NCBI GenBank assembly: GCA_900088475.1
Contig: FLMG01001518.1
Span: 1 to 43,097, forward strand
Length of the DNA: 43,097 nucleotides
Source of the DNA: Hyphochytrium catenoides
Lineage: Eukaryota > Protista > Hyphochytriomycota
Direction of reading: 5' to 3'
The stretch's first letter is position 1. Every line of letters begins with the position of its first letter. Shown one piece after another: positions 35,377 through 43,097 of this stretch. A program made the translations under genes and the position numbers. The notes under the pieces are model-generated. The model worked only from the letters and a program-made list of their open reading frames with translations. It searched no databases and had not been told where the DNA came from.

Positions 35377-36595
35377 TTAACCTTTCTCAGTCTCCGAAGT
35401 CTCGGAAACTGTCAATTCTATTCCTGAGGTCTCAGTCTCTACTCTGCTGATATCAACAAGATGGCTTTGTGGACTGAAAAGAGAAGAGTGAAGCCGCTCT
35501 ACAGTGCCATCGAAGTCTTTGAACTTGTTGGATATCTCAGCGGGTACCGTCTGAAGAAGAGGACAGTAATACAGGTGAGGAGAGGAGCTCAGACACTGCA
35601 GTGTAAGAGCCATAAAGCGCTATGATAACACCTGAGTGACTGCAAGAGAACAATAGTCGGTGCTTCTAGAGTTTCAGGGAGAAAAAGAGTAAGAGAAAGT
35701 AGCATCTGACAGAAGCTCCATCAAAAATTGATTTCTATCTGGACAGTCAAGTGTGACGAACGGTAAAACATGTGTTACCTTAGGAGCCTGCGGCGAAAGA
35801 GCCTTGAAGTCCCGTGATAGAGTCTGGATTTCATCGGGAAACTGCAGACAGAACTCATGGGCAGTTTGGCTGGCAAACTGGCTCCCCAAATCAAGCGAGT
35901 GGCTCTCTTTTGGCTCAATGAAGACAGATGCGAGGAGAGGGCCGCTCTTGCAACAGAGCATATGTAAACTCTCAATGGCTGGTCGCTAAAGAAGTGAGCA
36001 AAGTAAGAGTCAGGGTATGATATCAAGCGTGAGAAGGGGAAAGGATGAGGGCGAGGGAAGGAGCAAGTCAACGTCTATAGTTATCAAAGACAGTAAGGTG
36101 AGCAATAGGAATACAGAGATAATGAGGCTCAACGCGACCGACCTGCCGTGGCCTTGGGCCGCCTAATTTCGAAACGTCTCTTGAGCCCAAGCGTCTATGT
36201 GACGGTCCCCGACTGGGTGTCTCAAAGGAAACCCTGCTGACTTCGCCGTCATCGATCTCCCGCGCAAATTGAAAAAAGCTCTGTATCATCGACTGCACCC
36301 CTTGCACTTGAGCATCGTGCTTCCAGCTCCAGTGCTTCTCATACAACGTAGCGCCAGACGCAGCATCCGTGATCATCAGAAGCTTCACGCTATCAACATG
36401 AGCCTTCCGCAGAGATTTCGAGCTTGCGCTGACGGACTTAACGTTATGTGAAGTTTTGCCTCGGGACCCAATAGACGAACTGTCACCGCTACTGGTTTTC
36501 CGGTGTGACTTCTCAGTCCTGGTGGTCTGTGGAACACTTTCCGTCTTCACCTCATCCGCGCTGCAATGACTACCTCCATCGCTCTCAGTATCCAT
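35377..36595 (-). CDS. Hypothetical protein with putative longin-like domain
   Basis: Exons 36595-36143, 35985-35779 and 35550-35377, all phase 0 GT-AG. A Ser-rich N-terminus precedes VKLLMITDAASGATLYEKHW...VQSMIQSFFQFAREIDDGEVSRVSF...LHMLCCKSGPLLASVFI...FASQTAHEFCLQF...KFKDFDGTVERL, a beta-beta-alpha-beta-beta-beta-alpha-alpha pattern judged by eye. Confidence 0.62.
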
Positions 36596-36781
36596 CACAC
36601 CTTTTCTTTCTTCGTTCTGAGCACCTTGTCCAAAGTACTTGACTCCTCTGGATTGGTGGACGTAGATGTGCCGCAAGCACGCACTTCTTACCTCACGGAA
36701 GCCAATCTCATCAACATGAACATTCACATAAAGCCATCATGTCCCCGACCCTAGTCACCACTTATAGACTGTTGCACTACC

Positions 36782-39700
36782 TTATACGCAGCCTAGAAAA
36801 GGCTTTATGATTTCTTGAAACCTCCGGTTGGCAGCAGGCTTGAAGATGTCCAATCTCATGTCCTGAGAGCTGCTTTGAAGCTTCAGCAGGTCTCTGCACT
36901 GATGATGCAGCTTCTGTACGAAGAGCTGTTTGTCACCAACTTCATCTTCCTCATCAACTTCCACTTTCTCCCTGCTGTGATTATCAAACGAAGACTTTGA
37001 CGCAATAACTGGCCAACCAATATTTTGTAGTTATAGGACCGATAATCTCTCAGACTGATTTTACTGTCGCGCTAAATGTTTTTTTTGTGTTGCTTGAAGC
37101 TTCCTCTTCCTCTTGCTGCTTGGATGACAGATCTTCACAAGGATCTTCATTATTTTTGACAGGTCAAGCTCAACCTCTGGCCTCAGCTGCTCGGCTGCAC
37201 TGTGAGCTCAATGCTTTGGCAGCGTTGGAGGTCCAAGCTCCACCTCCAGTGACCGTGGCCTGGCGTGCTAATCTTTCGTCTGCATCTGGCTGGACAACCT
37301 CTCCTTTCTTTCTGCCATCCAAGGACTCTTCGGTATTTGCTGAGGTTTCGCAGCTCTCTTCTTTTTGCTTGACAATCTAGCAAGTGAGGAGGAGGTGTTG
37401 ATAGGAGTGACAGTTGCAAGATGTGCACAACTTTGTTTGTCTTTGCCATGTTGGACTCTGTAAGGCTTCCTGGTCCTTGACCTCCGAACTCTGCACCTAT
37501 TCCAAAGGAGATCTATTAGAGGAGTGCCACATCTTAAAGGCAGAGCGATGGAGGCCTCCGATGTTGATTTTGATGAAGGTGATTCTTAAATATATCAAAG
37601 GTTCCTTAACTATTGTAAGCGATACCTACTGAAGCTGACTGCCTTCGAACTGTGCTGCAGCTAAGTCTATGGAGGATGAAGACTCTCCCTACAGCTCTCC
37701 CGTCGTCCCATCAGCACCTTTACTTCCGTCTCCTCCTCGGTTCACTGCAGCTTGGGCCTCAAGAGCAGAGGACAAAGCATGCGGTCCCCCGATGGCCGGA
37801 TGGTCACTAGGTCTGGCATCCTGTCCGCAGAAATAGATGCCATCTCTTCTCCGCTCTGCCCTGTTGAAGATTCGCACCCTCGCTTTCGCCCTTGTTTCAG
37901 AGTCTCTTTCTCCTTCATGTCGGCCTCGTTTATCATTTATTGCATAGATTGCCCCTGTTTCTGCTCTTTTCTTCCTCCTTAAGCGGCTCTGTCTCCGTCG
38001 GTTGGGGTTGCAGGCGTAGAGGAGAACACTCTGAGAATCATCGTGGTTGCCGATCTGGAGGGCAACACGACGCAGGTGAACCACTTGGCTAGTTGGATCT
38101 CCTCTCGGAAGATGAGGTGAGATGACGTACAGCCGGCTCGGCAACCAATCATCTGCTTGCTAAGCTACCTAGCCGAGTGTGGTCTTTCCCAAACGTAACC
38201 ATCGCCCTGACTGTCTTGCTATGACAAACCTTGTCTGTATATCCATATGGCTGCCCTTGCATCCTTTACCTGTCATTGTTCGTGAACAATGCTCCACCTG
38301 GATCGACGAGTATTACCTTCTTAGCGGCTTAGTCATCGACCTCTCTCTCCTACCTCTCTCTCGTATGTATGTATGTAAGTATGTGTCTATCTTCCCTCTT
38401 TCTGTTTGCTTACGTCTCGATGTTATCATGGGTCCTGGGCCACACTTCTGTATTTGCTTTGAGCCAGAGTGGACCTTATAATAGTTGCGGGAGGATTCAC
38501 TGCAATCCACAAAGACTCAGGGAAAGAAAGGACACCCGAGCAAGTGGCGGCATCAGAGGTAAACAAAGGAATGATGAGAGGCAAAGTACCAAGGAGGAAA
38601 ACGGGGAGCATCGTTTTTGCAAGGGTCAATGCAGGAGGACAAGAGGGTGAGGTTAACTTCTGCAATCTCAGAGTTGTGGAGTTCTCGATTCATAACTGTA
38701 GAGCGAGAGATGCAGAGAAATTAGGTGAAAGCAATGGAAAGAGAGCGGTAGGGTGGGATGAAGGCTCTGAACTTGACGAGTCCATTGCATGAGCGAATGG
38801 TGAGTAGGACACAGAGAACCTTGGTGGGGAGCGTGTACAAAGCCATTGAGAGTATGACCCAAGGGTAGTGACCGGGCTCTTCCCTAGGGCGAAGTGACGT
38901 CCTCCATCGCGCGGCTTGAGAACATAGTCTGCCGCGTGCTTTACGTGCCCGGCCAGGTAAGAAAAGCCTGACCTTCGTTTGTTCATCGAGGCCTCCTACC
39001 TTTTTGTCATTCTTTCTCTTCCTCTCCTCTGATCTGCGCTCGCTTCTAGTCCCCATCTTTTCCTTTATTCAATATAGGGCTGGCATTTCCAAATGTCACT
39101 TATGTTGGTACCCATGACGATACTAAGGCGGCTCTCTTGAACTCCCCGACTCAAGTTTACCCGCCGACTCACCTTATCTTTCTTAGAATGAACCGGAGTC
39201 AATGATGAGACTGGCGGACCGAGTTCCCCGCCTGACTCCTCATTCCGTGAACCTTCAGGGAAGACTCTATAGGATAGCACCAGGCCTTTTGATCGCCGGT
39301 TATGGGGGCAAAGCAGGTGGACGAAGGGCCTCAGGGTACGCCCAGGGTCTCTATCCCGTTACTTCGTTTCAGCTCGCTCCTAAGTTTTAGACTTTTTGCA
39401 CCTGTCTCCCCTACATATTTTCTTCTCTTCTACCTCTTTTTATAGCCAATCACTTCTCTTCAGCCGCAGTTGATTCATCTGTCCCCGTTCTCGCTCTTTC
39501 GGGACCCTATTTCTTCCCTGCCTTTTCGGTCACAGAGGTCGGAAGGAGTCACTGGAAGGGGAAAACTTAGAATGCAGGGGACGAACAGGAGGTAGCGAAG
39601 GAAGTGAAATGGTGAAGGCCATAGGAAATGCCCTTCAGGGCGAGTTTGTCAGAGAAGCAACCAAGGTACACTCCTTCTCTTACGAACATTCTTTCATTCT

Positions 39701-41658
39701 CTCTGCCCGGCCTTTTTCAGATTCTTCTTCCGCGCCAGTCTCCCTCTTTCCTTTCCACTTTCCTGCGCTTCTTATTTATGGCTAGCTCACGTCAATCTCT
39801 CTCGCTTGTGCTACGGTAACTTCACCCTGTGGCCCAGGAGCAAGTCATTCTGGTGACCAATACGAAGGGTGGCTTCGCGGTAAGCTCCTGCTGATGACAC
39901 AGCTAGCGACATTTTTTTGTGCTATTTCCTTGCAATAACTATCTCTGCATGGAACTTTATTCCGCTTCCTTCCCACTTGAGTGGTATCTCCCTCTCTCCT
40001 CTCCTTTCCTTTCTATCGTTCCTAGCTATCTTCCGGCTTCCTATGGCTCTTCATCGTTTTTCAAGCGTTGTCCCATAGTTTGATTCTTCTTTCCTGCTGC
40101 TGAAGTTCTCCGGACTAATATCTTTCTTCGGCATTGTTCCTTGAAAATATCGTACCGGTTCCTCTATACAAAGAAACTGACGGATCCAACCGGTTTCATG
40201 GTCTTAGACGATGACGGTGCGATAATCTCTTTCTCTCGCTTCTTCCGCAAGCTAGGTTAGGCTATCTTCCTATATACTGCTCGAGGTCTCTACTATGGTC
40301 TCTCTCGTAGTGAGCTTTGCAAACATCTTGCTTGTAAGGCCGTTATCTCTTCCTTTACCCTTCAGAGCGCCGTATCTTCGCATGGTTCTTGCAGTTGCAC
40401 ATAGGGCAACGTAGCTCAACATCATCTGCTAACGTTATGTCTCTTAGATTCTGATGCGCCTGACTATGAGCTATTCTTGCGGGTAAGGCTCACGAGACTG
40501 CCGCTGTTTGCTCAGGCCTAGGTGGACGCGACGTAGTCGTCGATCAATCTCTCTTCTGGTGGTCGGCCTGCCCTTTCTCTCGATTCACATTTGTTTATAT
40601 AATAGACCTCTCTCATGGCCTGCTCGTGCTCTGGTCTGTGTCTCCCTGATCTGTGGCGCTATTGGTTCAATCATTTCAAATCCCTCTTTCCCCTTCTGCA
40701 CTGTTCCCATTTGCCGGTGATGCTCTTTGTAGAATCCCTGGACGCAGAAGGCGGTCATGTTGCAGCTGGCAGGCGGGGGACCTCCATTCGCAAGTCAATG
40801 TGAGATTGGAGCCGTGCAGCTTCTTCGCCCAGGTAACACTCTTCCCGCACTCTATCTAATGCTTTCATCGTGATATCCCTGCACATCCTGGACGCATCTT
40901 CTCTTTAACCTTTTTGCATCCTTACTTCGGTCATGCCTTGTTCTAGCTGTGACTCTTCCTTGGCAGAGGTCGTTTGCCGTGTCATGAGGGCTCTTTGTTT
41001 GCCTGTATTTTGGATGTGTCGTGCCTTTTAGGCAATCCTTGATCTCTCTCTGCTTCTCGCTCTGTACCTCACCTGTCGTCCTTGAGTCGTGCTATCTTTC
41101 AGTTCACCGGGCCCATGCTTTTGCTTCTGCCCTTTCTCTTTTTCCTTTTCTTCTCCCCATTGTCTCTTGACCTACTTCGTCTGCAACCATACTCTCTCTT
41201 TTTACTTCCCCTTTGTGGCACATGGCTTATCGGTTGCGTCTTTAGGTTCCTTCTCGCAGGGATCTTTTCTTCTTTTGACCTTGAAGTTTCATGAAGACAG
41301 CAGCTTATGGCATGTTCACGACAAAAGCTTCCACTATTTACCCGCCGAGAACGAAGATTAGGTTGAGTTTAGGGGAGATAAATGAAGTCTAAGGATGGGA
41401 GATAAATGAAGTCTAAGGATAAAGACAGCAAGAGAGAGAGAGAGACGGAGACACGATGGCCTGTATAGCTGAGAGGTACACTTCATAATTTATTGCCATT
41501 TCTCTGGGCTTTCATAGTGTTTCCCCTCGTCAAATTGGTGCTGGTCATTCTGCTTCTCAAAGAATCTTCTCCGTTCCCCTCTGGACCCTTCTCTAACCTC
41601 CTCTTTCTAGACGCGCTCTTCTCCTCATGTTCCTGCATCTTAGCTTCTACTTCTCCTA
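36782..41658 (-). pseudogene. Possible degenerate coding region (decayed gene or transposon relic)
   Basis: Minus strand is purine-rich and gives protein-like charged or coiled-coil fragments interrupted by stops and frameshifts, plus isolated exon-like pieces (36782-~36975, ~38973-39062, ~39173-39266). No long ORF and no recognisable domain. Confidence 0.3.
41373..41420. repeat. 24-nt perfect tandem duplication (gggagataaatgaagtctaaggat x2)
   Basis: Seen directly. Confidence 0.95.
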
Positions 41659-42866
41659 TCACCAAGTGAGCTGGCCAGTCTGTTCTTCCCAAGTCGGGGG
41701 CTTGTTAACCCTCGACGGGGAGGCAGAGAGAGGTTCTCGTTCGCTCCCTTTAGCCTTAACAGGATTGAGCATCTTGATCTCGCGTACTTCCTCCTCTTTT
41801 GCTTGCCTCTCTCTCTTCACGGCGTACGATGTCGGACCAGATCGAGAAGGAGCTGCGGGAGAGCTGTCCGGCAGCATGATAAGACAGGCACGTAGTGGCG
41901 AGCGGGAGTTGAAACAAAAGAGGAGTTAGCTGCATGTGAGGCGGGTACTAGCTGGCAGAATGGGTGAACTAACTTCCCAGAGTAGAGGAAAAGAGGCCAT
42001 TGAAAATGACGCTACGTAGAAAGAGACGAAAGCAGGAGGATAGCACTAACCTAGGCGACGCTGCGGAAGACGGTGGTACCACCGGCGACAGGGGGAGAGG
42101 GGTCAGCGCTTGAGGAGCAGGAGCTTTCCTCATGCCCCAGAGAGGGGAGATTGCCGAGGAGGCGGGCGAAGGCGCCGTTGTCACTCTCTTCCGTCTGCCG
42201 AAGGAGCGATCAAAGTCTTGACCAACTCCTCTCGCGAGGCACAGCGGCCGACCGGAGCTATCTTTCACGATATGGCGACCGCCGAACTAGAAAGAATGGG
42301 CAAAAGGGGACGAGCAGCAGAGAGAGAATTATTGCGGAACATTTGAGGCAGCGCCGAAGTGAGAGATAAAAGAGAGAGAGGGAGAGAGGGAAGATCTTAT
42401 ATCAGAACTTGCACCTGCCAAAAGACAGGGAGTCGCTGTTTACAAGATCAGTGCTTCCACCAGAAAGAGAGAGAGAGAGAGGAGAGAGCGAAGCAACGGC
42501 ATGGGAGGAGTATACTAGCTCACAAAAGGAAGAGAGAGAATGAGACCGAGAGGGAGAGACTTATAAGAGACACAGCGAGGAGAGGAGGGGAGAGAGAGAA
42601 TAGCTATCGAGGAGAAGGAGTTAAGAAAACATTGTGGGGAGAGAGAGGGAAGAGGTGGCGCTCCAGCAAGAGTTGCGACACCAACCTGGTCACTTAGCTG
42701 CCATTCGTCTGAAGTCCTCGCGGGTCTCTCACCTTTGTGACTTGGGGATGATGGAGAAGAAGAGAGAGGGAGAGACGATAACGAGACAGATGTAGGAAGG
42801 GAGCCCAGGTGTAGTTCTTCCTTAGGAAGGGCGAACGTCTTCCGTCGCTCAAGCTTCACTCTGGGA
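41659..42866 (-). CDS. 3' exons of a gene entering from beyond the right edge; Ser/Pro-rich disordered protein
   Basis: Phase-compatible exons 42866-42686, 42286-42051 and 41863-41659, with GT-AG and CT-rich introns: PRVKLERRKTFALPKEE...WQLSDQ|FGGRHIVKDSSGRPLCLARG...|SPAAPSRSGPTSYAVKRE...QLTW*. Confidence 0.55.
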
Positions 42867-43097
42867 CTGAAGAGGAGGAAGAGAGATGAGCGATTATGAA
42901 GAGACAGAGAGGAAGAAAGGGTAGGAGAGGATAGGGATAAATGTCTTTGAGAGAATAGGAGAGGAGAGGGATAGACAGAAGAAAGAGCAAGCCACCATCA
43001 AATTTTGGCCAGACAAATGCAGAGCGAGTGATATACGAGGAGAGAGACACCGAGAGAGGAGGAGAGAGCGAGACAAGCAACAAGAATATAGGAGAGA

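Noticed and set aside
1987-36595. A functional 'membrane-trafficking gene cluster' (Ubl-CaaX, EH adaptor, YxxL cargo, longin)
   Set aside because: These genes are interspersed with unrelated housekeeping genes in mixed orientations; co-location in a compact eukaryotic genome is not evidence of a system without synteny or co-expression data.
37520-37600. LRITFIKINIGGLHRSAFK on the minus strand, resembling the start of a LINE APE endonuclease
   Set aside because: No downstream QET, GDFN or SDH motifs and no reverse-transcriptase motifs were found.
38179-38792. Plus-strand ORFs of 93-107 aa
   Set aside because: Non-ATG starts, no recognisable domain, and no consistent exon chain.
36782-41658. 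Stop-codon reassignment (TAA/TAG = Gln) to explain read-through-like frames
   Set aside because: Well-supported genes here terminate at TAG (8839, 9071, 30175), TAA (17699, 21841) and TGA (2869), with no internal stops; the interrupted frames contain all three stop types.

Overview
Compact, intron-rich eukaryotic genomic DNA, not prokaryotic. It is probably a protist; a stramenopile-like lineage is a weak inference from the gene families. Genes are split by GT-AG introns (one GC-AG) with sense-strand CT-rich tracts, so the ORF track shows only exon fragments; gene models were assembled by hand. Left to right: a ubiquitin-like protein with an internal Gly-Gly, a hydrophobic tail and a CaaX end (+); an Eps15/synergin-like two-EH-domain adaptor (+); WDR27-like WD40 protein (-); a Cys-rich-ectodomain 7TM protein (+); a folate-receptor/NPC1-NTD-like type I membrane protein with a GYxxL tail (-); DNAJC21/JJJ1 (-); a spliced gene resembling the N-terminal half of a DNA-transposon transposase with no catalytic domain (-); PDCD2L/TSR4-like (+); a bZIP transcription factor (-); a P-type PPR protein (+); a longin-like protein (-); about 5 kb of possibly decayed coding sequence (-); and the 3' exons of a gene entering from the right edge (-). 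The best novelty candidates are the Ubl-GG/membrane-peptide/CaaX fusion, the apparently domesticated transposase, and the FOLR-like receptor. No rRNA, tRNA or CRISPR array was recognised. All family assignments are from motif recognition, not database searches.
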